Part shown: positions 26,424 through 38,849 of the stretch, piece by piece | How the letters are laid out: every line of letters starts with the position of its first letter | How positions within the stretch are numbered: position 1 is the first letter of the stretch | DNA from: Eledone cirrhosa | Lineage: Eukaryota | Assembly (NCBI GenBank): GCA_964016885.1 | Contig: OZ024740.1 | Coordinates: 326,430,001-326,494,000, forward strand | Reading direction: 5' to 3' | Length of the DNA: 64,000 nt | The notes under the pieces: generated by a model | Seen by the model: only the letters and a program-made list of their open reading frames with translations | What the model was told of the DNA's origin: nothing | Databases searched by the model: none | Position numbers and translations under genes: made by a program

Positions 26424-27191
26424 GCCTAGAGGAACAAATTAAGTTCTTGCACCGAGGTTGCACTGTATTTTAAAATTTAGCCATTTGCCTATTGTTGGAG
26501 CAAGTGCTTTTTTTTTTATTTACAGCTGGATACCCTTCATGTTATTAACTATTCAAACATAGTAGTGAATACTATTTTAAAGAAACAGGCTGAGGCAAGT
26601 AAAATTTGTACCTTTGTAGAGCTACAACATAACGGCTGTAGTAAAATAGGAGATTATTATTACTATGTGGTCAAACTATCTGTTTTTATCATCATACTAA
26701 CGTGGCCAAAATGGTTAAAAAAAGTTTGCTTTTCAATCATGGCATTTATATGTCATATGAGTGATATTTGAGAGATGGAAACTGTTTGAAAATCTTTCAA
26801 AGGGCCAAACTTGTCAGACACTGTCTTACTAATTCTCACAAGAATTATATTAATGGTATACCTGTTTGTAGAATCCTTAGCTGCTTATATGCCAATTAAA
26901 GGACTAGGCTAGCCTGTTGATCCAACAATTAGAACACTCATTATCAAAACTGACTGAGATCCATTTATCAATCCCTTTCATTTTCTGAAGAGTTTTAATT
27001 ATAAGCAGGGTCATAGATCAACCTAGATTGAATAGACCTACAATCAAAAGCATTCCAGCCATGGTATTAATTTCCTTTTTGTCAATAACAATATTGCCTA
27101 ATGTGCCTTTCCATTTCTCTATGATGATAGGGTATGATTTGGCTGCTATTTCTAGCAGATCAAGTAATTTGTTTGACTCCCTTATTGACTA

Positions 27192-27357
27192 CCGTATTTC
27201 CAGGGATTGAAGACGCTTCGTCCTCGAGGATGCACCCTATTTTGACAACCAAAAATTTGAAAAAAAAAATAAACAACCTTCGACCTCCAGGACGCATGGT
27301 AAATCTTTGAGATTTATTTTAGGAAAAAAGTAGCGTCTTCGACGCTGGGAAATACGG
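27192..27357. mobile_element. Tc1/mariner-superfamily MITE
   Basis: TA|CCGTATTTCC..GAAGACGC ... GCGTCTTC..GGAAATACGG inverted termini. Confidence 0.65.
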
Positions 27358-27512
27358 TTATTTAATTATCAGCTCACATTGCAAATATGACATTTGTGTA
27401 TAAATTATATCATTACACTTAAAACTCAGTTTTGCAAACAGAGATGTACTATAATGTTATGAAGAACAATATGAATGTGTATGAGGTTGCTTAGAGTTTT
27501 ATATATGGTTAA

Positions 27513-27720
27513 CCCTTTAGCCTTTAAACCGGCTCTATCTGGTCAGAATTCTCTCACCTCTTTCTATTCAAACATGTTGTAACTGGCCATTCATACCAAT
27601 GATAAGTTATTGTTCTCAAAATAAATAATATCAAAATCTCTTAGATTCGATATTATTTAAGATAAAGCTTTTTCTGTAAAAATATAATAGTATATATAGA
27701 GTAATGTGAATGCTAAAGAG
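27513..27720 (+). mobile_element. piggyBac-like MITE copy
   Basis: TTAA on both sides; slightly degenerate TIRs. Confidence 0.8.
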
Positions 27721-29510
27721 TTAAATGGAGAAAGATGATTCAGTTTCATCTTGAGCATGCTACTCACTAGCTAATTTCTTTTGAAAGCCTATCAAATTAC
27801 AACATACTTGGAATAACAATCTACAGTTTTTCTTTTTTTTTTTTTTTTTAGAAAAGTTAAAAGATATTCTGGAGAATGGGTCAAGTATTAGTAGTAGTAC
27901 ATCCCTAGTCAGACTGGATTATGTTGTCTTATTGTTCAAAGATGTTCCAGCCATGACCTTCCCATCTTTTTTTATACATTGTGTATCCAGGACTACAATA
28001 TCCAAAGTGTCTTTCCATTTTAAAATGGTACTGTTTGATTTGAGAAAATGTTCACTGCTATTTCTAGCAAGTTGAGCAACCACATTGGATGAGTCAATTA
28101 TGATCTGTTGGATTGTACTACATTAACTGTTCTGAAAGGTTGAGCACAAAAGTGCTGGGTATACATGTGCTCAAATAGATGCATGTAGAAGTCACTGTAT
28201 TGTTACAGATGGGATATGAGTGAACAAGAAATCATCATTTTACATGTATTTCCCATGCTGGCATTGTTTGGATGGGTTGTTACAGTTTCAATCACTTCTT
28301 TATTTGGAGTTAATGCCCTCTTAGATGGGTCAGGCATAGTTTCTACAGCTGGGTACCCTTCCTAACACCAATATCTGCACTGAGTGCATTTTATCAAGGC
28401 AGCTGCATGAGAGAGGTTTTATTGTCTTCATTCAATTGTCAACCACTTTACAGAGTATACTGGGTGCATTTTATTGTGGCATTAGAGGTTGTCATGTTCT
28501 CGATAAAACTAAAGAATCCTCTTTACCCTATGTTGTCTCTATTCAGTCATCAACCACCAACATATAAATCTTAAGTAAAAAAGTGCTATAATCTGAGAGA
28601 GAAAGTATATGCAGTAGAGAAAGTTATAGAGCGACATGAGTAGAAATAGTGAATTCATATCTTAGGATGTTGAATCCCATAAATGAGATGGTGCAGGAAC
28701 AAAACAATTAGCAATACACTGTACTACAGACCTGTCCAATGCATTGCAATGAAAAAAAAATGATAATGATGATGATGGTGACCATAATGATGGCGGTGAT
28801 GATCCAGCAAATTCAAATGAAATGAAAAATAAATGATGCATAAAAGGTAATAAGCAAAACTATATTTGATATGTTTAATGCATCTTTACTTGAAACCAAT
28901 ATCATAAAATTTACAAATTAAAACATACAATAATCAGAACACTAAATTTGTTCTTTTTTCTTTGTGTTTCTTTTAAATTATTATCTCATAAAAATTGCTC
29001 ACATCAAGAGACTAACAAATCTACATTGAAACAAAAACCTAAAAATAAATAGAAATACTGAAGAAATTGAAGGTAGTAGCTAACAGTGAAATCTGTAACT
29101 CAACATAACTATTACAATTTAAGTGCATTATTAAATATAAAATAATCTTAGAAGTTTAAACAAATTACAAAGAACAAATTTAAAAACAATGCTAATCTTT
29201 GTAAGAGAGGATTATATATGACAATACTTATATCATAGATCCTGAAGAAATGAAAGGAAAATAAAATGAAAATTTAGAACAAAACTATTTTAAATAAGCA
29301 CAAAAACAAGATGTATTTTCTAGAATTTATCAGTCAACTAAGACTCAAATAGCTTCTATAAAAAACCTGCCTTAATTCAATTAAATATGCAATACTTTGT
29401 AGTGTAATATCTGAACTAAAATACAGTGTTTAACATTTTATATCACTCAGTTCAAATAATATAACAAACAGAAGACACAACAACATTTCTGCTGCTTTGT
29501 TTGTTTACAG

Positions 29511-31447
29511 TTAAGAATGAAAGCCACAGAGAAAATCTTCTAACTCTCCAAATGTTGTTTGTGTGTGTGAATCAGTGAGAAATGTATCCAAATCCATCAT
29601 GGTAAAGCCAGTCTGGGTTTCCATATCAGAGAACTCAACATCTTGACTGAGATTGAGATTTGAGAATGTTGTTTGGGTTCCTGCAGTAATCAGACAGCGA
29701 CTTTCTACTGAATCAAGATCCCCAGTTGTTGTTGTTTGAGTCTCGATGTCAGAGAATTCAAGACCAAGTAAGAATGTATCATCAACAGCCGTTTGGGTTT
29801 CCATATTGTTTCCAAATAAGTCTAATATGTCTTCAACAGTTTGTGTGTGCATGTCAATCACAGAGGAAGATCGAGAATGTTCAGAATTATTCAAAAGAGC
29901 TTCAAAGTTGTTGTCTAAAGCAAGAGTCTGCACTTCACTGTTTGCAACTAATGGTGGGAAATCTCTAGAAATCAATGGATTACATTCTGCATTTGAAAGA
30001 GAATTCATAGAAATTCTATTTCTAGCACCTTCTATCACATCGTTCATAGATGTTGAGTTATCTTTGCTATCTACATCATTCAAAACATCATTAGTTGAGT
30101 TATAGAAACTGCTGGCTGTTGAAGATAAATCAGTGTAATGGTTAATGCAGGAATCTGTACCAACACCTTTTTCAGAGCTAAATAACTTTTCAGAAAGACT
30201 TTGATTACACTGAACTGGACTGACATTTGAATCACTTAAATAGAATTCATCAGATGGAAAGTTAATCTCAGCATTCTTTGAAGAATTAAAGTAGATTTTC
30301 TCTGATTGAGTGGCATTATCTCCAGTCATTCTGTTCTCCAGGGTAGTATTAAAGAATGACTTGTTAGATATGTTTCTTATACTTGAATTTTGAGGGATTT
30401 TGTTATTTTTACTATCAGAAGATTCTGGTCGAATAAGATAATTATCAGTGTTATTGTTTCTGTTAGTACTGTTGAGTGTTTTATTAAATGATAATGGTGA
30501 TGTGTTATTTATATCCAATGGTGACGTTGTTGATGAAGCAAAAGCCTGCACATTATCAAAGGATCCCATCTGAGGATATTTTAGAGCATCACTGGAGTCA
30601 CCAATATCAGTAAAGCTAGTACTGCTGTATAAAATTGGATCTTTATCAACCAAAGAATTCAATAAGTTAGTAGTATTTTCTGGATTATTTCTTTGACTAT
30701 TTACTGATTCTTGATTTATGTTCTGTAAACTGGGAAAGCCAGCCAAAGGATTGTGGTGTTGCCTTGAAGATGAAAAGCTGGTCAAGGAACAATCTGTAGT
30801 ATCAAGGCCTTGATTGATAAAACTAAAAGAAATTGCATTGTTAGATTCAGAAATCTCATTTTTATTTCCACTGTTTTCAACTGACTGAGTGTTGACAACA
30901 TTTGATTGGGTTTCTTCATTTTCACATATGTAATTACCATTTGTATTTTGCTCTGCTATGGAATTCAGCAAACTTGCACAGTTGCTGTCATCCAAAGTTG
31001 GAGCTAATTCAGAAGTATAAGTCTGGTAATTATCAGAAGATACTTGACTATTAATTGTTGAATCAGATTCACTTGATAATGGAGAATAGAGTAAGTCCAT
31101 GGCAGGACTAGTTTGCAATGAAGAATTCAAAGTGTTTGGTAGAGTTGCTTTTGAATTGTCAGTATCAATAGAAGGAAATGATGACTGTTCTCTACTGGTT
31201 TCTTCACTGTAAGGAGCAGTTAACTGATAGAAACTGTCCTCCTCATTTTTGTTCATCATCTTCTGTATGACTGAGTTGATTGTTTGGGTCTGAATACTTT
31301 GTTGACTATTAAAGGAACTGTTATCAGATGAGACTTTCCCATTTGGCCAGGAGTTCATTAGACAAGTCATATTAGTCTGGGTAGAAATAGCTGGCACACT
31401 CTGAGATATTGTTTGAGTATGATTGTCAGTAAGTTCACCTGCTGAGC
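29511..31447 (-). CDS. ATMIN: ATMIN terminal coding exon (S/N/T-rich disordered tail with TQT LC8-binding motifs)
   Basis: 628-aa ORF extended to the acceptor ttttctttaactTAG|GC (phase 1). Contains MHTQT, METQT, IETQT, AGTQT and SHTQT motifs typical of the ASCIZ C-terminus; TAA at 29511-29513. Confidence 0.92.
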
Positions 31448-31799
31448 CTAAGTTAAAGAAAAGGAAAAATTAAGTGACATTTTATAATGGGAGTTGTTAA
31501 TTATAAAATTGAACAATATGTGTATTCACATATACACAAATAATTGCATAATAAAAATCATATATAAAATTTAAAATAACAAAACATTTTTTTTACTTGA
31601 TTATGGTTAAGCTGTAAGTATTAACTATGTTAATTTAAGATGGTGTACTACTGGAATTGAATTTCTTTCAATTGGTCTGGTTTGAAAGAAATGTGCTAAC
31701 GGCCTTTGTAGGCCCTCTGAGACAAGTGTGATTGACAATGTTAGCATTCCACTAGAGCAACTATGGCTACAGCCAAAACAAGGGAAAAAATTCTGCAGG

Positions 31800-32510
31800 C
31801 AGACAATCTGGTGACAAAGGACAAGATATAGCAGATAATGCTGAGAATGGAGAGGTGAATACATTATGGGTGATGAGGGGAGGAGAGACAAGTGAATGTT
31901 TAAGTGCAGGTGGCAAAAGACCAGTCAGCTCCAATAAGCAGAAACCAGTGTAGTAGCACTAGAAATGACAGACTGAAGAGACAGCACATCCGTGGGCCAG
32001 AGATTGGAGCATGTTTGTGAGTGACTTCATACCAATCAGTTGAATGGCCCTTCTTTGGATGTAGTTTAGGAAGTTTGTGTGAGTGTAGGACAGAAGAACT
32101 GTTCCAGATGTAGGAGCAGTACTTCATGGATCTCATCTGAGCTTTGTAGAGAGTGAGTATTTGTTGAGGCATGAGTCTTTGCTGTGTTGAGGAGGTACAT
32201 TCACTAAGAAAGATCCTCAGTGATGGTGAGGCATAGCAATTGTAGAATTATAGTTATATGCTGTTCATGTTGGAGAGGGTGAAACAATGTTTTCTTGATT
32301 ATATGTAGTGTAGCACTTCTTGGGCTGTTGAAGAACACAAAATTAACATGACTTTATTGTAGAATGTTTTCAAGATTTTGGTATATGGGGTTAGTGCAGA
32401 TTTAGCATAAGGAGTTTGCTTATGGATGACACTTAAGTGTAGAAGGTTAGAGAGGAATAAAAGTTAGTTATCATTTGTGTAGGAGTGTGCGCTGATGGAG
32501 GTAACAGCAT
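31800..32510 (-). mobile_element. Degenerate CR1/L2-group LINE fragment in the last ATMIN intron
   Basis: QILTLYKAQMR...YCSYIW thumb-region motif; heavily decayed. Confidence 0.6.
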
Positions 32511-32567
32511 ATACAATGCATAAAGATTAAGTTTATGACTAAGAGTATATAAGAAATATGTATTTAC

Positions 32568-33373
32568 CAAGATCTTTGAAAAGGAGCAAATTCTGAGTAT
32601 TTTCATGGATTTGTAATTCCTCCAAATTTTCTTGCCAGGTAAAAGAATGCCGCCTTTTCTTCCACTTAGAAGATTTTGTATCCATTGTTTGAGTATGACT
32701 AGACTCTCGGTTTTGATTCTTTGTTACTTTGCAGTGAGAGTTTGCTTGTGAAGCTTGAGACACTTGTTGGATAGGTATTTGTGCTGATGACATAGCTGTT
32801 GTAAGGATATAGTCCCCCATAGTTTGGGTTCCAACCATATTGTGAAGAGATTTCTTTTTGACAGGTGGGACACTTACTGCAGTTTGAATACCAGTGGAGG
32901 ACGTGAATTTGTTGAGTGAGTATATAGCATCTTCAGACAATCTTTTGACAGATTTTTGGTTTATGCCCCCAAACAGTGTGTTGTCTGTTTGGTCATTGGT
33001 TTCGTGCCAATTAGTGTTCTTGTACAGATGATTATCTAAACCATGAGGAGGATAGGATATCACAGTATTATCCAAGTGGTTATCAGTTTGAATGCAAACA
33101 TTGTTTGACTGAGTTAAATTAGATTTATTTAGTCCAGTGTTTAAAAGCTGAGTAAAACTATTTGTCCCATCACCACTTATAGCTAATGGCTCTGGCCTTG
33201 AAAGTAGTGCCGTTTTAATAACTGGTTTAGGAAGTAAAGGTCTCAGCTGAGACGTTGTAAAAGTTGTTGGAGTAACCTTTTCCTTTTTAGAAGAATGTGA
33301 GGTAAGAGCAGATGGTGATGTATGTAAGATGATAATAGTTGGTGTAACACTTACTGGTGTTGTTTTTCCTGCT
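32568..33373 (-). CDS. ATMIN: ATMIN coding exon 4 (LLPKP motif, first TQT/IQT motifs)
   Basis: Lies within the 281-aa ORF; ttttcAG|A GCA...CTT G|GTAAAT; 806 nt, phase 2/1, consistent with both neighbouring exons. Confidence 0.88.
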
Positions 33374-33465
33374 CTGAAAAACAAATGCAGATATGCTTAC
33401 ATTTTATTTTTAAACTTTACTTTTATAAAAGGAAATGAAAACGGGCCCATAACACTGGAGTTATG

Positions 33466-33885
33466 ACTCCAGTGTTATGGGCCCGTTTTCATTTCCTTCT
33501 GACACATGAACTCACAGTGGGACGTACCAAACTTAAATGTCCTGCTGTTACACCTGCACAGGGATAATTCATTCACCTATGTTTCTGTTAGGCCATTCAG
33601 GGCCAACAAAACAACCAATATCATTGCTGTGGGTCTTAGGCATTTTAAACCTGGTGCTGCCGATCCTTCTCTAGGTCGGAACACAGCTGATGACTTCCAG
33701 AGAATATGAGAAAAAAAGTGAAAAAGAGAGACAGAGGAAGATTCAACCCCAGTACATGACTGATACCTTATCGACTTCGATAAAATGAAAAGCAAGCAGA
33801 CCTCAGTGGGATTTGAACTCAGAGCGTAGTGAGTCAGAAAACTACTGAAGGCATCCAATACCCTAACATCATTGCCAATTCTCTG
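33466..33885 (-). mobile_element. Longer SINE variant (same head/core, extended 3' body); relatives at 53050-53330 and 8460-8670
   Basis: GAGTTCAAATCCC head and Meta-like core on the minus strand; the body is shared with the two other loci. Confidence 0.65.
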
Positions 33886-34283
33886 CTTTTTACTTTTATA
33901 ATCCTGCTTAAATAGAGTTGTTCTTAAGAATTTACTTACATAAAAATGCAAATACAGAACAAATATTTTCACATTTGTTTTCAGCTTCACTGGAAGCAAA
34001 CATATGCCACATGACTTTACAGAAATATATAAAATAAAATGCAAAATTGATCAATGCAATAGTAATGGTAAAATATATCAAAAGATAAGATTTGTAGGGC
34101 TGTATTTGTAATAAGAATTTGGTAATAAAATTGAATTTAACATAAAAGGGCTAAATATATTAAAAATCATTTTAAGGACAGTTTTGAAATTACTGAGCTA
34201 GAAATATTTGATTACTGATGCTTTAACAGAAAATGAAATCTAAAAAAAAAAAATATATCACCAAGGAAATATCAAAGATTTAC

Positions 34284-34495
34284 CTTATATTTTTGCATTC
34301 AGCTGGAATCTCATGCTGCTTGAGATTGCAATGGTTGATGGTCGCCTCTGCACTACTGAATGGGCAATCACAAGTCTTACAACGGAAAATCATACCGCAT
34401 GTTGCAAAGTGTCGTCGACAATCCCGATCCAATCCAAAACCCTGGCCACATTTTAGACACTTATGTTTCTTGTCAGCATGAACTTTCATGTAATG
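34284..34495 (-). CDS. ATMIN: ATMIN coding exon 3 (end of ZF2, ZF3, ZF4)
   Basis: accAG|CAT TAC ATG...AG|GTAAAT; 212 nt, phase 0/2. HYMKVHADKKHKCLKC...RHFATCG..FRCKTCDCPF...HEIPAE matches ATMIN 'HFMKMHAEKKHKC..C...CGKTF.C.CGCPY...HEIPAE'. Confidence 0.93.
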
Positions 34496-35645
34496 CTGGT
34501 CAAAATAAAGAAAAATAAATGTAACATCACTGTGGTCATTTAAAGTCTGTTTTCCATGCTAGCTTGAGTTGGATGGGTTGTAATGGTCCATCCTAGATGA
34601 GTTAAAGGACCACATCTCATTTGAACATTCTATTTTGACATGGTTTCTATGGTTGAGCACTCTTCCTAACTAACTAATTTACAAGCACTAAAAAGGTTGT
34701 CATGCCCCTATCAAGACTGAAGAGACTTCTCTACTTTATATGAAAAGGTTTAGAGTATCCACATCACAGCCACAAAATCACTTTAATCCCAAGATCTTAT
34801 TTATAGAAACTATAAATGAGAAAATATAAGAAGAGCCTGTCCATGTTTTTTATAAGGGCTTAAAGAGTTGGTTACTATCAGTCTGAATGCTGACAACAGA
34901 GTGGACACTGCTAAAGGTACCCAAGGGTCAAGTGGTGGTGTTAAACTAAACAACATCTACCTATCTACCCTTTAAGCAGTACTGAGTTTGCCCCCACCCA
35001 CATTCTTGCAGTCTCCTCTGAGGTCAGATTAGGAATGGTGATAGAGGTTGATCAGTTTTAAATGCATGTTTCACTTTATTGGTATTGGTTTGATAAGTCT
35101 ACAATAGCAAAATATCTCTTTTGCATTACTGACTCCTTTGTGGTATCTATGTTTACACTGGCCATTTTGGTAAGGCACATTAAACTTGTTGCTTCAGTGT
35201 TTTAACTTAACCCAAAATAGGAAGCAACTCTAAATTCACGTTTGGGTGATTTGAAAATAAAAGGAAAGATGCTCAACTGAAAACAATGACATAACATCAT
35301 CAATACATTTTCAAAGATGATTGAACCAATGCGAACACTGATATGTAGATATAATTGTAGCATGTATATAAATGAGCCAATGAGTCTCTACATGGTAGCT
35401 AAACATGCTAGAAATAGCAGCCAACATTCTTCTTAAACCACATCTTATCTTTAAGAAAATATTACATTGTTTTAGATACATTATCTGAAAAGAAGATGGG
35501 ATTGTTATGGCTGGAACACTTTAATAATAGTTCTGCTTGATCAGAGCTGATCTGAGGCTAAACAGAAATAAATATGTATATAAAACAATCTGTGAATGAA
35601 TGAAAGAAATTGCTTTCAAAGATTAATAGGAAAAATAAAACTCAC

Positions 35646-35789
35646 CTGCTTCAGTAGCTTTTTGGAAGTGAAATGTCTCTTTGATGAAACATTGTATACA
35701 CAGCTTTGTACTGGACAGTGGTATTGTTTGACCACATTTTGAGATTGATTATCACTGCAACTGTTGTCCAGGTCATCTTTATCAGATCT
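35646..35789 (-). CDS. ATMIN: ATMIN coding exon 2 (most of zinc finger 2)
   Basis: ttcccttcAG|AGA...CAG|GTGAG; 144 nt, phase 0/0. Encodes YHCPVQSCVYNVSSKRHFTSKKLLKQ. Confidence 0.9.
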
Positions 35790-35929
35790 CTGAAGGGAAA
35801 TTAATATTGCCTTCATTCATGATTCTTGAAATATATATATATATAATGAGGAAAATGTGAAGTTGTAAATGTTAAAGAGTCTTTTATTAATTGAGCCGTT
35901 ATACATATTTACCTTTCTGTTAGTCTGCC

Positions 35930-36455
35930 TACACCTCTTGTGTATCCAAGATTTACATTGTGTACATGTTATAGAATTACACCTACTCCTTTTCTACAGA
36001 TCGAGCAGGATTTTGTCTTCTTTTTTGCTTAGCAAAATTTTGGTTTTTTCCAAGTTTACTCTAAGTCCTTTTGAGTCTAAGCTCTGTTTTGAAAGCCGGA
36101 ATTTCTTCTCTAGCTCTTCCACTGATTTGGCTCTAAGAACCAGATTATCAACATACAGAAGTTCCCATGGACAGCCAGTCTTAAATCCCTTCAATATGGC
36201 CTGGAGAATTATATAAAAAAAAGGGAGTGGGCTGAGGACTGAACCCTGATGAGCACCTACATACATTTTGAATTCCTCACTAAACTCATTACTTACTCTC
36301 ACGTTATTGACAGCTCCTTTGCACATGACTTCTACTGCTCTTACAAGCCATTCTTCTATACATAATTTTCTGAAGGATCATGAGATGACAGATCATGCTA
36401 CACTGTCAAAGGCCTTCTCCAGATCAACAAAAGTCAGATATAGTGGTTTACACTA
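35930..36455 (-). mobile_element. RTE LINE RT fragment in an ATMIN intron
   Basis: GAHQGSVLSP and FKTGCPWELLYVD motifs, homologous to the RT at ~15680-16110. Confidence 0.85.
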
Positions 36456-37077
36456 GAGAAGTTGACTGAATGAACTGCAGAGTCCTCTACCCTGTGTCAG
36501 TTTCAATGTAGAATGACTGCTCTCTTAGATGGAGAGGAGTCCCTCTACATTGAGGAGCCCAACTTACCCCGTGCAGTGTTATTTATTCAGAGTGACAGCT
36601 CACCTAGATTGGCTGCTTATGGATCCCATAAACAATAGCAAAGTATTCAATTAATTCAATGACTTAATACCCATAGATATATTACTGGTATTTAAAATGC
36701 GAGCTTTAGTGAAAATTTAGTTGAACTCACCAGGATTTAGATGAAGAATGTAAATAGAGTAAAAAAAAAAAGAACCCAACAACAAACACACTTTGTATAA
36801 ACATTTAGAATTAGAAGTAAGCAATGGAGTTTTAAATAATATTCATTATTCATTCATGCATGGGTGGGTGGGATGATGCTTGGGAGGAGGAGTACAGTGG
36901 TAAAAAGTTACTATGGTTGGTGTTAGGAAGGGCATCCAGCCGTAGAAAACCAGCCAGAAACACTCCTATATGAGCGAGACACGGTCACCCGACCCAACTT
37001 GCCTCTAAATGGGACCCCACCTAACTCATGCAAGCGTGGAAGATAGACGTTAACTGATGATGATGATAATGGTGATG

Positions 37078-37108
<31 letters not shown>

Positions 37109-37796
37109 CATGAGGTTTCTGTACAGTTTCTATTTAACAAATCCTACGCACCTGATATTATAGTAATGGACACATGCAGTGGGATTGAAACCAGACTCAT
37201 GTGGTTGTGATAACTTCTTAATCACACAACTAAGCCTCTTCTCTCTATATATATTTATATATGTATTTATATAAAATACAGAACCTTACATAATCTACAA
37301 GGATGTGTAAATATAAGAAGTTTTATTTTACCTGTTCACCACCCCCAACTTAGAACATCACATGAGCAAGTAATTGTGAGAAGACAACTTAAATAAATAA
37401 TAATGATTCCTGACTCAAGGCCACAAATTTAGGAGGATGTGTATAGCAAATGGCTGGGACTTTATTTTAGCAACCCTATAAAGAAAACAGGCCAAATCAA
37501 CAGCAGCAGAATTTGAACTCAGGAAGTAATGGGTTGTAACTAAATACTGTAAGACACGTTCATCACTATTGATTTTACCAATCCACTATTCTCTTAAATA
37601 AATAAATATATGCAATTTATGTTTTTTAGATAAAGTTGGTTATTCTCATTGTCTCAGTCTTCTTGGCTGTCAAAAGCTAATATCCCCATTTTACAGTTAA
37701 GGGATTTATGGTAGGAAGGGTGTCTAGCTGTAAAATATACTTACCTTTACATTATATCAAAATGTGCAAACATGATAGAGAAAGTAATTAACTCAC

Positions 37797-37949
37797 CTCC
37801 GTTATCCTGTGGGTTTTTGAAAGATGAATGCGGAGGGAGCCTGCATGAGGTAAAATGCTTGAGCAGCCTTGTACTGGACATGGAATGTTCACCCGAACAA
37901 CAGACAATTCTTCCGGATTAGGACATACTTTAATTACACTACTAACCAT
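37797..37949 (-). CDS. ATMIN: ATMIN/ASCIZ coding exon 1 (start codon, zinc finger 1)
   Basis: Manual translation gives MVSSVIKVCPNPEELSVVRVNIPCPVQGCSSILPHAGSLRIHLSKTHRITE, resembling the ATMIN N-terminal 'P..ELS..VR.NI.C.V.GC..ILP....L..HL.K.H' finger. In-frame TAA two codons before the ATG; acceptor AG at 37986-37987; donor GAG|GTGAGT; phase 0. Confidence 0.9.
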
Positions 37950-38238
37950 TGTTTAGTAGCAGATATGTAGAATCAGACTATTTATCTGAAATGATAAACA
38001 TATAATCATCATCATTATATATATATAATCCCGCCGAGGTTGACTTTGCCTTTCATCCTTACGGGGTCGATAAAATAAAGTACCAGTAATGCACTGGATA
38101 ATTGCTGGCCTTGTGCCTAAAGTAGAAACAATTATATATATATAAGGTTAACTTTGCCTTTCATCCTTACGGGGTTGATAAAATAAAGTACCAGTAATGC
38201 ACTGGGTAATTTGCTGGCCTTGTGCCAAAAGTAGATAC

Positions 38239-38282
<44 letters not shown>

Positions 38283-38849
38283 CGTGTTACTTCCTATTAA
38301 AAGAAATTCATAATTCTTTTTTTATTAAAATATATATTTTTTTTCTTTCAGATTAAAGTTGAATAAAAACAAGATTCAATTATGGAAAAATACACCCTCA
38401 AAGAAAATTTAGTTTCGAGTTAATTTGTAATCAATAAAAAAAAGGTAAGAAGTAACTTTTGTATCACCCTGTATACACCAGTAGTTGTTTTCACTTTAAC
38501 TTTGGCCTCCTCTAGTAGGGATGTACAAATCATCATGATCATCATTATTTAAGGTTTATTTTCCACACTAGCATGAGTTAGATGGGTTGTGGCGTTTGAG
38601 GCAAGTCAGATTAGGTGACTGTTTCTGGCTTGGTTTCTACAGCTGGATGCCCTTGCTAATGTTAATCACATTTACAGTGTGTGCTGGGAGTTTTTTGTCG
38701 TGACACCTACACGACCACTTTACAAGTGTAGGCTGAGAAGTGGGTTGATAAGGGGATAGAGATAGAGTAAGTGACAGAATCATCAAGCTTAGGAAATAGA
38801 ATAGGGAAGAATGCAATGCCCAACACAAGTTAATTATTAGTGGCAGAGA

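Larger units (their letters stand above)
24034..26464. mobile_element. Tigger/pogo-like MITE interrupted by the hAT element
   Basis: Imperfect TIRs CAGTGGAACCCCACTTCACGAAC / GTTCTTGCACCGAGGTTGCACTG followed by TA. Confidence 0.65.

Noticed and set aside
29726-30105. Plus-strand ORFs overlapping ATMIN (also 34233-34481)
   Set aside because: They are antisense to a well-supported coding exon and have no independent features.
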